Shown one piece after another: positions 1 to 10,625 of a DNA stretch of 64,000 nucleotides; position 1 is the stretch's first letter, and every line of letters starts with the position of its first letter. The translations under genes were made by a program, and so were the position numbers. The DNA comes from an uncultured Alphaproteobacteria bacterium (lineage in GTDB: Bacteria; Pseudomonadota; Alphaproteobacteria; Rhizobiales; Rhodomicrobiaceae), in contig CAWHYO010000039.1 in NCBI GenBank assembly GCA_963833565.1, positions 74,303-138,302 of the forward strand, read 5' to 3'. The notes under the pieces are model-generated. The model did no database searches. It was not told the origin of the DNA and saw only the letters and a list, made by a program, of their open reading frames with translations.

Positions 1-1
1 A

Positions 2-694
2 GGCCAGACGCCGCTCACAGTGATCGACGGGATCGATTTCATGACCGCGTATGGCCTGAATGAACGAAAGATCTTCAACGTGCAAAACCTGGCGGCAGCC
101 AATCCGATCATGCTCCAGATCGAGATGCCGGCCGGCATCTACACGATCATGGATTGGGTTGCTCAGGCGCAGCTCTGCGCCGCAGTAGGACCGCGGCGGT
201 TCCTGCTGCTCAGGAGGCTCAATCTCGGTACTATCTTCGATCTGGAGCGTGCCGTTCTCGACCCCGCCGCGCCTTTGGGATTGAAGCAGATGGTAGGAAC
301 GGTGCTTCTCGCGAATGACGGTAGAACGAGCATCTTTCAGAACTTTGGCGTGCGGCCGCTCGATGTCACCTATCGCGATTTCGACAAGGCCATGACCGCA
401 TGGGTAAATGTCGAGGTTATCGAGCACCTTGTCCGGCTCATCATGGACGACCTTTATGTCAGACGCTTCCGGCAGCTCTGGGAAGACATCGGAGCCGCCC
501 TCGATAACGCGAAACTTGACGGATCGCCTCGCGCTCCTCTGAAAATTACGGCACACCATACAGGCGCAAAAATACCGGCGCATGCGAACGGCTACGGTCG
601 CGCGGAAGTTCCTTTTGGCGTCAATGCTGATGCCGGAACTTTAGCCAGCTTTCATTCCGAAAGCGCGCGGCAAAAAGGATTATCCGGGCATTGA
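2..694 (+). CDS. Hypothetical protein, C-terminal part (5' end outside window)
   Basis: Frame is open from position 2 (GQTPLTVIDGIDF...NVQNLAAANPIML...DWVAQAQLC). It looks like real protein, but no family can be assigned. Confidence 0.6.
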   Translation, partial: GQTPLTVIDGIDFMTAYGLNERKIFNVQNLAAANPIMLQIEMPAGIYTIMDWVAQAQLCAAVGPRRFLLLRRLNLGTIFDLERAVLDPAAPLGLKQMVGTVLLANDGRTSIFQNFGVRPLDVTYRDFDKAMTAWVNVEVIEHLVRLIMDDLYVRRFRQLWEDIGAALDNAKLDGSPRAPLKITAHHTGAKIPAHANGYGRAEVPFGVNADAGTLASFHSESARQKGLSGH

Positions 695-754
695 TTGCAA
701 TCTCACCGGAAGTTCCTATACTGCGCCCACGTCATTTCACCCCATAGAGATCCG

Positions 755-2087
755 ATGTCAGCCGCACCCGCGAAACTTCACCCATCGCAAGCTCCGCATT
801 CTGCGGAAGGCAAGTTCTTCTTCACCCCCCTTCGGGAGGCCGATCCTGAAATTTTCGGCGTGCTTGAGAGCGAGCTTCTCCGCCAGCAGGACGAAATCGA
901 GCTTATCGCCTCGGAAAACTATGTCTCGCGTGCTGTGATGGAGGCGGCCGGCTCCGTCCTCACCAACAAATACGCCGAAGGCTATCCCGGAAAGCGCTAT
1001 TACGGCGGCTGTCACGTCGTCGATGTCGCCGAGGAACTTGCCATCACCCGCGCGAAGCAGATGTTCGGCTGTGACTTCGCGAATGTGCAGCCCCACTCGG
1101 GCAGCCAGGCTAATCAGGGCGTCTATCTTGCTGTGCTCAAGCCGGGCGACACCATCCTGGGCATGGGCATCGACGCTGGCGGTCACCTTACGCACGGCGC
1201 CGCGCCGAACATGTCCGGCAAATGGTTCAAAGCGGTCCATTACGGTGTGCGCCGCGAGGACGGCTTCATCGATTACGAGCAGGCCGAGCGGCTCGCGCGC
1301 GAGCACAAGCCGCGCCTGATCATCGCAGGCGGCTCCGCTTACGCGCGCATTATCGATTTCAAGCGGTTCCGGCAGATTGCGGACGAGGTCGGCGCACTCC
1401 TTCTCGTAGACATGGCGCACTTCGCGGGACTTGTCGCGGCGGGCGTTCATCCGAGCCCCTTCCCGCATGCCCATATCGCAACGACCACGACGCACAAAAC
1501 GCTCCGCGGGCCGCGCGGGGCCATCATCCTCACAAACGATCCGGACTTATCCAAAAAGATCAACTCCGCCATTTTCCCCGGCCTGCAAGGCGGGCCGCTG
1601 ATGCATATCATTGCGGCGAAGGCAGTCGCTTTCGGCGAGGCGCTTACGGCCAGAGTTCAAAGCCTATGCGCGCGCGGTCGTGGACAACGCCAAAGCGCTT
1701 GGAGAGAGTCTTAAGGAAGGCGGCCTTGAATTGGTCTCAGGCGGGACCGACACGCATCTTCTCCTGGTTGACCTTCGTCCGAAGGGGCTGACGGGAAAAG
1801 CGGCAGAGGCCGCCCTTGGTGCAGCTCACATCACCGTCAATAAGAACGGCGTTCCATTCGACCCGCAAAAGCCCACAATCACGTCCGGCATTCGCGTCGG
1901 TTCGCCCGCAGGAACGACGCGCGGATTTGGGGCCAAAGACTTCACCGAGATTGGCGGCATGATCGGCACCGTGCTCGACGGGCTGAAAGCGGGTGAAGAT
2001 AAAGCGCGTGCGGCCGCAGAAGCAGTCAAGGCTGAGGCTATTGCGCTTTGCAAACGCTTTCCGATCTATCCGGGCAGTAAAGCTTGA
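755..2087 (+). CDS. glyA: Serine hydroxymethyltransferase (frameshift near 1650)
   Basis: [23 protein letters not shown] and [13 protein letters not shown] (PLP Lys) in ORF 695..1714; [10 protein letters not shown] and [14 protein letters not shown] in ORF 1611..2087. Confidence 0.97.
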
Positions 2088-2129
2088 AGTGAAGCGGCCG
2101 ATGGCCCCGTATAAGGCAGGCTGAACGAC

Positions 2130-2607
2130 ATGCGATGCCCCCATTGTGGCGCCCTGGATACTCAGGTGCGCGACAGTCGTCCGTCAGAGGATCATGCAGC
2201 GATAAGGCGCCGCCGGTCGTGCCCGGCATGCGGGGCGCGGTTCACGACGTTCGAGCGCGTGCAGTTGCGCGAGCTTACCATTATAAAGAGGAGTGGGCGG
2301 CGCGTTCCGTTCGACCGCGAAAAGGTGCGACGCTCCATCGAGATTGCGCTCAGGAAGCGTCCAGTCGGCGAGGATCGCATCGAGCAGCTTGTCAGTTCCA
2401 TCGTCCGCTCCCTCGAGAACTCGCAATGAGCCCGAGATTCCCTCCGAGGCGGTCGGTAAGCTCGTCATGGAGGGCCTGAAGGCACTCGACGGCGTCGCCT
2501 ATGTCCGCTATGCCAGCGTCTATCGCGATTTCCGAGAGGCGAAGGACTTTCATCGCGTCCTTAACGAGCTCGGCGATAGCTTCGATCCCGTCCCGGACGA
2601 AAAGTAA
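2130..2607 (+). CDS. nrdR: Transcriptional repressor NrdR (frameshift near 2425)
   Basis: MRCPHC...[19 protein letters not shown] zinc ribbon and ATP cone; [12 protein letters not shown] continues in ORF 2293..2607. Confidence 0.96.
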
Positions 2608-3785
2608 TGACGCAGATGCCTGCCTCTTCCTTGAGCGCGGCCCCGCGCGCGGGCGTGGAAGTGCCCCTTCCGCCGGACGTCATGGCATCATTGATGCGGC
2701 GCGCGCTTTTCCTCGCCGAGAGCAATCTTGGAACGACTTCACCCAACCCTTCCGTTGGCGCTGTCATCGCGGACCCGGCTACAGGTGAAATCATAGCAAG
2801 CGCTGTGACCGCGCGGGGCGGGCGGCCGCACGCCGAAGTGCTGGCGCTGAGAGAAGCAGGATCGCGGGCGCGCGGCGCGATCATGTTCACCACGCTTGAG
2901 CCATGCAGCCATTTCGGAGCCACGCCCCCTTGCGCGCACAGCATCGTCGAAGCCGGCATTTCGCTCGTGGTTTATGGCTCGCTCGATCCCGACATGCGCG
3001 TTTCCGGGCGGGGCCTGACCTGGCTCGAAACGCATGGCGTGCCGGCCATGAGAGGCGCATTCGCCAAGGAAGCGGATTGGATCAACCTCGGACACGCTCT
3101 GCGTGTCACCGAACGCCGCCCCTTTGTTCAAATCAAGCTCGCCGTCGATGCCGATGGCCGTGTGCCAATCGGGGCAGGCAAGCCCGTCTGGGTGACGGGC
3201 GAAGCGGCGCGTGATCAGGCTCACCTCCTGCGGGCCAGGGTCGATGCGATCCTTGTCGGCAGGAGGACCATCGAAGCCGACGACCCCGAGCTAACCTGCC
3301 GGCTTCCCGGCCTGGAGGACCGATCCCCCTTTCGAGTCATTCTTGCGTCCCGATGCGATATCTCGGCCAAAGCCCGCATTTTCTCGGCTGAAAGGCCGCC
3401 TGTCTGGATCATCTGCGGCGACTCCTCGAAATGCGCGCCCTTGTTCGGACGGCGCAGCGTGCGTTTTTTCGACATTGGGGCGTCGTCTGCCGGAATTGTT
3501 AACCTTCGGCTTGCCATGATGCGACTCGCGGCCGAGGGCGTGACGCGCCTCCTCGTCGAAGGCGGGCCAATAACCGCGCGCGGATTTCTGGACGCGGGGC
3601 TTGCCGATGAGGTCATCATCATGCAGGGGGACAAGACAGTGGAGCCGAACGCCAGCGTCCCCCCATTTGGAAATCGCGGCCTGGACATTGTGGCCGAGTC
3701 ACCCGCATTCGTGAAAACGGAGCAGCGCAAAGCAGGCGCTGACACCATTTCAGTCTTCCGTTCAACCCTGCACTGGCAGAGGTAG
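2607..3785 (+). CDS. ribD: Riboflavin deaminase/reductase RibD
   Basis: PNPSVG, HAE, TLEPCSHFGATPPC and LLVEGG motifs; operon position. Confidence 0.96.
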   Translation: MTQMPASSLSAAPRAGVEVPLPPDVMASLMRRALFLAESNLGTTSPNPSVGAVIADPATGEIIASAVTARGGRPHAEVLALREAGSRARGAIMFTTLEPCSHFGATPPCAHSIVEAGISLVVYGSLDPDMRVSGRGLTWLETHGVPAMRGAFAKEADWINLGHALRVTERRPFVQIKLAVDADGRVPIGAGKPVWVTGEAARDQAHLLRARVDAILVGRRTIEADDPELTCRLPGLEDRSPFRVILASRCDISAKARIFSAERPPVWIICGDSSKCAPLFGRRSVRFFDIGASSAGIVNLRLAMMRLAAEGVTRLLVEGGPITARGFLDAGLADEVIIMQGDKTVEPNASVPPFGNRGLDIVAESPAFVKTEQRKAGADTISVFRSTLHWQR

Positions 3786-3788
3786 CTC

Positions 3789-4376
3789 ATGTTCACAGGA
3801 CTCGTTCAGGCGAAGGGCACTGTCATCGCCGCAGAGAATGGCCGTTTCACCATCGCGTGCCCCTGGGAGGCTGACACTATCGCTCTCGGCGCATCGATTT
3901 GCTGCGACGGATGCTGTCTTTCCGTAACCGGGGTGGAACCAAATTCGAGCGGCACGCAATTTAAGGTCGACGTATCGAACGAAACGCTAAGCAAGACGAC
4001 GCTGGACGATTGGTATCAGGGCCGCCGCATCAACCTCGAGCGATCGCTTCACGCTGGCGACGAACTCGGCGGCCATCTCGTGTCCGGCCATGTCGATGGC
4101 GCCGCCCGTATCGTGAGCATTAAACCTTCGGGCTTTTCGCGGATTTTTGAGGTGCGCTCGCCGCACGTTCTCGCAAAATACATTGCGCCGAAAGGCTCGG
4201 TTGCGCTCGACGGAGTTTCGCTTACTGTGAACGAGGTTTCTGGCTCCCTTTTCACCATCAACCTCATTCCCACAACGCTCGATGTCACCACCTTGGGCGA
4301 GCGCAAGGCGGGTGACGACGTGAACATGGAAGTGGACTTGATCGCCCGCTACGTCGCCAGGCTTTTGGGCCAATAG
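3789..4376 (+). CDS. ribE: Riboflavin synthase (alpha chain)
   Basis: MFTGLV N-terminus, GGHLVSGHVDG, KGSVALDGVSLTVN. Confidence 0.97.
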   Translation: MFTGLVQAKGTVIAAENGRFTIACPWEADTIALGASICCDGCCLSVTGVEPNSSGTQFKVDVSNETLSKTTLDDWYQGRRINLERSLHAGDELGGHLVSGHVDGAARIVSIKPSGFSRIFEVRSPHVLAKYIAPKGSVALDGVSLTVNEVSGSLFTINLIPTTLDVTTLGERKAGDDVNMEVDLIARYVARLLGQ

Positions 4377-4387
4377 GTTCTTATAAA

Positions 4388-5542
4388 ATGGAACAATTGC
4401 GGGTTCTCGATAAAGCGCAAATCCACGAGCAGCTCTCGTCCATCGACGAGATCCTGGAAGATGCGCGCCAGGGCCGCATGTTCATTCTGGTGGACGCCGA
4501 GGAGCGCGAAAACGAGGGCGATCTCGTTATTCCGGCGCAGATGGCGACGCCCGACGCCATCAACTTCATGGCCCGCTTCGGGCGCGGACTGATCTGCCTC
4601 GCGATTACGCCGGAGCGCGCGGAAACGCTGCATCTTGAGCGCATGGCGCGCTCGAACCAGTCCAGGCAGTCGACCGCTTTCACGGTCTCGATCGAGGCGA
4701 AGGAAGGGATCTCGACGGGCATATCGGCTTATGACCGGTCCAAGACCATCGCCGTCGCCATCAATCCGGAGAAGGATTCGCGCGACATTGTGAGCCCAGG
4801 CCACGTCTTCCCGCTTGTCGCCCGCGACGGCGGCGTCCTCGTTCGCGCTGGCCACACCGAAGCCGCGGTGGATCTCGCGCGCCTTGCCGGGCTTCTTCCA
4901 GCCGGCGTGATCTGCGAGATCATGAACGACGACGGCACGATGGCGCGCATGCCCGATCTCCTGGCCTTTGCTCAGCGGCACGGGCTCAAGATCGGCACCA
5001 TCGCCGACCTGATCGCCTATCGCAGGCGCAAGGAAAGTTATGTCCGCGCGGTCCGTGAGCAGGAGATCACTTCCCCCTATGGCGGCGCATTCAAGCTTCG
5101 GGTCTATGTCAACGCCGTGGACAACACCGAGCATCTGGCGCTCATCAAGGGCGACGTGGCAAACGGCGATCCGGTGCTGGTCCGCATGCATGCCATCAAC
5201 ATCCTCGAAGACCTGATCGGCATGGGCCGCAACGGAAACCGCCGCTCCCTCGTTGAGCGCGCCATGCGCCGGATTGGCCAGGAGGGCCGCGGCGTCATAG
5301 TCGTGATCCGCGATGTGCGCGAGGGAACGATTGTATCGCGGCTCAGCGATCCGGGCGCTCCTGCGCCCGACGGAAAACCGGCCGAGAAGCGTCTCGTCGA
5401 CTACGGCATCGGCGCACAGATTCTGCTCGATCTCGGCATCAAGAACATGATTTTGCTTTCGAACTCGCCGACCCCGAAAATTGTTGGCCTCGAAGGCTAC
5501 GGCTTGAACCTCATCGCACGGCGACCAATAGACGACCAATGA
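4388..5542 (+). CDS. ribB: 3,4-dihydroxy-2-butanone 4-phosphate synthase with a degenerate GTP cyclohydrolase II-like C-terminal domain (RibBX type)
   Basis: ERENEGDL, RAGHTEA and GVICEIMNDDG motifs. The C-terminal domain reads RMHAINILEDLIG and lacks the zinc-binding cysteines of active RibA. Confidence 0.93.
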   Translation: MEQLRVLDKAQIHEQLSSIDEILEDARQGRMFILVDAEERENEGDLVIPAQMATPDAINFMARFGRGLICLAITPERAETLHLERMARSNQSRQSTAFTVSIEAKEGISTGISAYDRSKTIAVAINPEKDSRDIVSPGHVFPLVARDGGVLVRAGHTEAAVDLARLAGLLPAGVICEIMNDDGTMARMPDLLAFAQRHGLKIGTIADLIAYRRRKESYVRAVREQEITSPYGGAFKLRVYVNAVDNTEHLALIKGDVANGDPVLVRMHAINILEDLIGMGRNGNRRSLVERAMRRIGQEGRGVIVVIRDVREGTIVSRLSDPGAPAPDGKPAEKRLVDYGIGAQILLDLGIKNMILLSNSPTPKIVGLEGYGLNLIARRPIDDQ

Positions 5543-6006
5543 AAGATCCAATCCACATCCTCGTCATCGAGGGCCGGTATTATCACCACATCTCGGAAGC
5601 GCTCCTGCTCGGTGCGGAGATGGCATTGAGAGAGCTTGGCGCGACGTGGGAGGTCGTGACCGTTCCTGGCGCGCTTGAGATTCCTCAGGTTTTATCGCTG
5701 GCGAGTGACGCGGGACTGTTCTTTGACGACAGCGCCAAACCCTTCCACGGCTGCGTCGTGCTCGGTTGCGTCATCCGGGGCGAGACCTCCCATTACGACA
5801 TCGTCGCCAATGAATCCGCGCGGGCGATTTTATCGCTCGCGACGCTTCATGGCATTCCCCTTGGAAACGGGATCCTGACTGTCGAAAACGAAGCCCAGGC
5901 GGTTGCGCGGGCTTCCGTGAACGGAAAGAACAAGGGGCGCGACGCCGCCGAAGCGTGCCTCGAGGTGCTTCGCGCCAAACGCGATTTCAGCAAAAGACGC
6001 CGTTGA
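5539..6006 (+). CDS. ribH: 6,7-dimethyl-8-ribityllumazine synthase
   Basis: VPGALEIP, LGCVIRGETSHYD, GNGILT. Confidence 0.97.
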   Translation: MKDPIHILVIEGRYYHHISEALLLGAEMALRELGATWEVVTVPGALEIPQVLSLASDAGLFFDDSAKPFHGCVVLGCVIRGETSHYDIVANESARAILSLATLHGIPLGNGILTVENEAQAVARASVNGKNKGRDAAEACLEVLRAKRDFSKRRR

Positions 6007-6045
6007 TTGCCTCGCTGAGTCAGGGCTGAACCGAAAGCTTGACCA

Positions 6046-6558
6046 ATGGATTTTGAGAACAGCCGCGAACCCGGCCCTGATGATGGTGCGCCTACGGGAC
6101 CGGCCCGGACGCGCGCGCGGCTGGCCGCAGTGCAGGCGCTGTACCAGATGGACATGACGCAGCGCGACCTGAGCGTGGTCCTGGAAGAGTTTCTGAACCA
6201 CCGCTTCGACACCGTGGAGATCTATGCGGGCGCCGATCGGGGCTTTTTCCGTGACATCGTGACCGGGGTCGCTGAGCGGCAAACCGAGATCGACCCGCAG
6301 ATCGCTTCGCATTTGGCGCAAGGCTGGCGGCTGTCGCGCATCGACAGCATCCTGCGCGCAATCCTTCGCTCCGGCGTATACGAGATCATCGCACGGCGCG
6401 ACGTGCCCGCGCGCGCGATCATCAACGAATATGTCGAGATCGCGAAAGACTTCTTCGGCGGCGAGGAACCGGGCGTCGTGAACGGCGTGCTCGACCGTCT
6501 CGCGCGCGAAAACCGCCAGGGCGAGTTTGGGCGGAAGGCAACGAAAAAGCCGGGCTGA
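6046..6558 (+). CDS. nusB: Transcription antitermination factor NusB
   Basis: RARLAAVQALYQ, INEYVEIAK, VNGVLD. Confidence 0.97.
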   Translation: MDFENSREPGPDDGAPTGPARTRARLAAVQALYQMDMTQRDLSVVLEEFLNHRFDTVEIYAGADRGFFRDIVTGVAERQTEIDPQIASHLAQGWRLSRIDSILRAILRSGVYEIIARRDVPARAIINEYVEIAKDFFGGEEPGVVNGVLDRLARENRQGEFGRKATKKPG

Positions 6559-6561
6559 GAG

Positions 6562-7557
6562 ATGGGCGGCCTTGGCGAAATCGCTTTCATCGCGGATTAT
6601 CTTGCGCCGCTCGCGACACATCCCGCCGCATTCGGTCTCAAGGATGACGCGGCGCTTCTGACCGCACTTCCAGCGAACGGGCTCGTCATAACAGCCGACG
6701 CGTCGGTCGCCGGCGTTCATTTCTTCGAGGACGACGATCCGGGCGACGCTGCCTACAAGACGCTCGCCACCAATGTTTCGGACCTTGCAGCAAAGGCCGC
6801 GAAACCAATCGGCTACACGCTGACGCTGGCGCTTGCTGAAGCTCCGTCGCGAGAGTGGGCCGAGCGCTTCGCCTCCGGGCTTGCGCGCGCTCAAAGCCGG
6901 TTCGGCATCGCTTTGCTTGGCGGCGACACCGTGACCGCGCGCGGCGCCTGGTGGATGTCCATCACCGCTTTCGGCGAGGCCTCGCCTCGCGGCCTCGTAC
7001 CGCGCGGCGGCACTAAGCCCGGCGATTTTCTCTATGTCAGCGGAACGCTCGGCGACGCTGCGCTCGGCCTTCATCTGCGTCTCGGGAAGGCAGAATTCGA
7101 GGCCGCATTATCCGCAGAGAACCGCGACTTTCTCCTCAGGCGCTACCTTTACCCCGAACCGAGGGTCGAGTTGTCCCAAGCCCTGGCAAGCCACGCGTCG
7201 GCAGCGATGGACATATCGGATGGGCTTGCGCTCGACCTTTCGCGCATGTGTGCTGCGTCGCAGCTATCCGCAGAAGTCACGGTGTCCTCGATACCTCTAT
7301 CGGCGGCGGCAACCGCCGCTCTGGCGGCATCGCAAAAATCCATCTCCCTCATTCTGTCCGGAGGCGACGACTATGAAATCCTCTGCGCCGTTCCAGCAGA
7401 CCGCGCTGCTGCCTTCGAGGCCGCGAGCAGGGACGCGGGCGTGCCCGTGACACGCATCGGCGTCGTCAAACCGGAAGATGGCGCCCCGGCTTACATCCAG
7501 GCCGATGGCACGTCCCTTAAGCTTCCCGTCAAAGGCTTCGAGCACTTCGCCCATTAA
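6562..7557 (+). CDS. thiL: Thiamine-monophosphate kinase
   Basis: DDAA, NVSDLAA, LLGGDT, AMDISDGL, GGDDYE. Confidence 0.96.
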   Translation: MGGLGEIAFIADYLAPLATHPAAFGLKDDAALLTALPANGLVITADASVAGVHFFEDDDPGDAAYKTLATNVSDLAAKAAKPIGYTLTLALAEAPSREWAERFASGLARAQSRFGIALLGGDTVTARGAWWMSITAFGEASPRGLVPRGGTKPGDFLYVSGTLGDAALGLHLRLGKAEFEAALSAENRDFLLRRYLYPEPRVELSQALASHASAAMDISDGLALDLSRMCAASQLSAEVTVSSIPLSAAATAALAASQKSISLILSGGDDYEILCAVPADRAAAFEAASRDAGVPVTRIGVVKPEDGAPAYIQADGTSLKLPVKGFEHFAH

Positions 7558-7650
7558 CCATGTAACGAAAATGTAATCCGCCCAGGCTCCTTGCCTCGCT
7601 CAAGATCTGCGATATTCAATCATGCACCTTTTCGTTGTAATTGGCTGATC

Positions 7651-8446
7651 ATGAAGCTTGAACTCCTGCACGAAGCAGCGCCCAGCCCCGCAAAGCCTGT
7701 CAAACTCCTCTTCATTCATGGTATCTGCACCGGCGCCTGGGTGTGGGAACCGAATTTCCTGCCTTTCTTTAACGGGCTCGGCTATGACAGCTACGCGCTG
7801 AGCCTGCGCGGGCACGGCAAGAAGCGAAGGCTGCGAAAACATCCGGCAGTTCACCCTTCAGGATTTCGCGGACGACATCGGCTGGGCTTTAGGGGAGATC
7901 GGCGGCCCCACGGTCGTGATCGGCCATTCGCTCGGCGGCGGCGTGGTTCAGAACTTCGTGCAGCGCGGTGGTCAGGCAGCGGGAGCTGTCCTGCTCTGTT
8001 CCGCCCCTCCGCACGGGCTGATCCGGGCGGCTGCGGTGATGTACGCCTCAAATCCCAAGCTCGCCAATGAAATGAGGGCGGTGCTCCACAACGGCCTAAG
8101 CGCCGCAAACCTCGATATCATCGAGGACGGCTTGCTCTCCGAGCGCCCCTCCCGCGAGCTTCGGAGGCGCTTTGCCGAAAGCATCGGCGATATTGCCGAG
8201 ACGGCGAGCCGGCAACTCATGGGATGGATGCCGTTCGCGCCGTTCCCCTGGGGGATGCCGAAGCTGCTCGTCGTGGGCGGCGAGAAAGACCAGTTCATGC
8301 CCGAAGCCGATGTGCGCCTGACCGCGATCTATTACGGCGCGCGCTGCGTGATCGTGCCGAACGGCGCGCACGCGATCATGCTGGACAAGAACTGGCGCGA
8401 CGCCGCTCAGCCGATCGCCGACTGGCTTCGAAAAACGTACGGCTGA
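7651..8446 (+). CDS. Alpha/beta hydrolase (frameshift near 7820)
   Basis: FIHG and SLRGHG in the first frame; GHSLGG nucleophile elbow, GEKD and GAHAIML in the second. Confidence 0.88.
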
Positions 8447-8620
8447 GAAGAATCCCCCTCGCCCCAACCCTTCCGGCCCGCGTGATATTTCGGTGACATT
8501 GGCCTTGTAAACAGAATTTGGCAAGCGGAGCAGCCTGAGCGAAGCTGTGTTTCAACCGGTGGCTTGATACCGCTGTTCCTCTCGCCGAAAGCGGTCCCGA
8601 AACTGCATGGAGTTTGTCCC

Positions 8621-9571
8621 TTGGCCAAAAAAGCATCTTCCCGCAACGGCTTGAGAATCCTGAAACGAGCCCGGCCGCTTCAGCGGCGCGAGCCTCTTCC
8701 CTGGAACTACCCAAAATCAATGGAGGAAGATCCCAACGCGCACGCCCGCATCGAAGCCATTCTCAAAAGCCCGAGCTACCGCCGCGCGGACACCGATTCC
8801 GACTTTCTGGCCCGCGCGGATATGCGAGGCCTGCGCCTTCAGATCGACTATCTCAAGCCCAACCTTCTCCTGCAGGAGGCGGGGGTGGACCAAACGATCG
8901 TGGTTTTCGGAAGCACCCGCATCTGCGAGCCGGCCGCGGCATCCCGAAGGGTCGAGGACCTGACGGCGGAGCTGGCGGCCGATCCCCGCAACGAAGATCT
9001 GGCGCAACGCCTTGCTGTCGCGAAGCGCATCCTCGCCAAGAGCCACTATTACGACGTCGCCCACGAATTCGCGAAGCTCGTCAGCGAGGCGAACAACGGC
9101 CATGAGGAGCATGCCGTCATCGTGACCGGCGGCGGCCCTGGGATCATGGAAGCAGCAAACCGGGGCGCGTTCGATGCCGGAGCGAAGTCCGTCGGCCTCA
9201 ATATCACCCTGCCGCATGAGCAATTCCCGAACCCCTACATCACGCCGGACCTGTGTTTCAGCTTCCACTACTTCGCCATTCGGAAGTTTCATTTTGTGCT
9301 TCGCGCCAAAGCGCTGGTGGCTTTTCCAGGGGGATACGGCACGTTCGACGAGTTGTTCGAGGTTCTTACGCTTGTTCAGACGCAAAAGCTCAAGCAAATC
9401 CCGGTCGTGCTCGTTGGCGAAGAGTATTGGCGCAGCGCGGTCAACTTCGATTTCCTCGCCGATGAAGGCGTCATCGACCAGGAAGACCGCGAATTGTTCT
9501 GGTTTGCCGAGACGGCGGAGGAAATATGGAACGGCATCCAGGCTTGGTATAGCGTTGGCGGAGCAGCCTGA
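8621..9571 (+). CDS. LOG family (TIGR00730-like) nucleotide phosphoribohydrolase
   Basis: VVFGSTR, VTGGGPGIMEAANRGA, FPGGYGTFDELFE. TTG start follows GGAG, but the start is uncertain. Confidence 0.9.
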   Translation: MAKKASSRNGLRILKRARPLQRREPLPWNYPKSMEEDPNAHARIEAILKSPSYRRADTDSDFLARADMRGLRLQIDYLKPNLLLQEAGVDQTIVVFGSTRICEPAAASRRVEDLTAELAADPRNEDLAQRLAVAKRILAKSHYYDVAHEFAKLVSEANNGHEEHAVIVTGGGPGIMEAANRGAFDAGAKSVGLNITLPHEQFPNPYITPDLCFSFHYFAIRKFHFVLRAKALVAFPGGYGTFDELFEVLTLVQTQKLKQIPVVLVGEEYWRSAVNFDFLADEGVIDQEDRELFWFAETAEEIWNGIQAWYSVGGAA

Positions 9572-9695
9572 TCGATGCCCGGCGCGCTGTTCCCGGCGCT
9601 CGCCGCCATGCGTTTTCGCCGCGCGGCCGAGCAGGCGACTTGACCCTTCGAAGAGAAAGCCGCAATTTCTTAGAAGGACCCGCGAAGGAGGACCG

Positions 9696-10145
9696 ATGAT
9701 CCGCGTTCAAGAACAGGATTTCGACATCGGCGCCGAGACCGCCGCCTTGCGGAAGTGCCGGACGGATATCGGCGCGATTGCAGCGTTCGTGGGGCTGGTC
9801 CGGGATCACGCCGGCGGCCGCGAAGTCACCTCGATGACGCTCGAGCATTATCCGGAGATGACCGAGAAGGAGCTTGCGCGCATCGAAGCCGAGGCCCGCG
9901 AGCGCTGGCCGCTTCTCGACTGCCTGATCGTGCATCGCGTCGGCCGCCTCACCCCGGGCGACAACATCGTGCTCGTCATCACGCTGTCCGAGCATCGGCA
10001 TGCGGCTTTCGAGGCGGCGCAGTTTCTCATGGACTACCTCAAGACCACCGCGCCCTTCTGGAAAAGCGAGGAGAACGGAGAGCAGCGCCATTGGGTCGCC
10101 CCGCGCGATTCCGACGACGCGGCGGCGGAGCGCTGGGTCAGGTAA
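9696..10145 (+). CDS. moaE: Molybdopterin synthase large subunit
   Basis: MIRVQEQDFD, LEHYPEMT, HRVGRL, MDYLKTTAPFWK; AGGAGG RBS. Confidence 0.96.
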   Translation: MIRVQEQDFDIGAETAALRKCRTDIGAIAAFVGLVRDHAGGREVTSMTLEHYPEMTEKELARIEAEARERWPLLDCLIVHRVGRLTPGDNIVLVITLSEHRHAAFEAAQFLMDYLKTTAPFWKSEENGEQRHWVAPRDSDDAAAERWVR

Positions 10146-10321
10146 GGCAGCATCCCTCGAACCGTTGGACCAGAATTGCGCGTGGGTTTGCATCCTGACT
10201 TCATGAGCGTGGGATGTTAGGAGAAAGCGCCTTATCGAGACGTTAACGCAGCCAAGTCATTGATTTATAATGTGAATTATGAGAGATGCGAGCGCCTCCG
10301 CGGCTGCGACGGGCGCAGGCG

Positions 10322-10584
10322 CCGTTAACACATTATATTTAACGGACTTTTCCGCGCCCATTTGCGTCCAAAAATACAATCCGTTAACCTCGCCGATCAA
10401 GCGACAGAATATTGTTTATTTTCAATGAGTTGATCCGCGCTGTCGGCGTCCGGCCGAAGGCGCGGCTGTCCTGATTTTTTAGCGATTTTTGACGCGAAGA
10501 TCAGGCCGGAAATAAATCTGTGCCGGAGAAATTAACCATCCGGGGTTAACGCATCAGCTGACGCAGCAACGAATCATTAACCAT
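10322..10584. promoter_or_regulatory. Cluster of TTAAC/TTAACCAT motifs (CtrA half-site-like) in the AT-rich leader of the CHAT gene
   Basis: CCGTTAA-N10-TTAACGG at 10322-10345; TTAA-N10-TTAAC at 10532-10550; TTAACCAT at 10532 and 10577. Confidence 0.4.
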
Positions 10585-10625
10585 GATGGCCCGGGCATCG
10601 CGATTCGCGGTTTGGGGGCAGAAGC

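Noticed and set aside
695-2607. FMN or ZTP riboswitch before the rib genes or glyA
   Set aside because: The intergenic gaps are only about 40-60 nt and have no recognisable aptamer.
9174-9695. N-terminally extended MoaE (323 aa)
   Set aside because: The extension overlaps the LOG gene out of frame; a strong RBS and the canonical start are at 9696.
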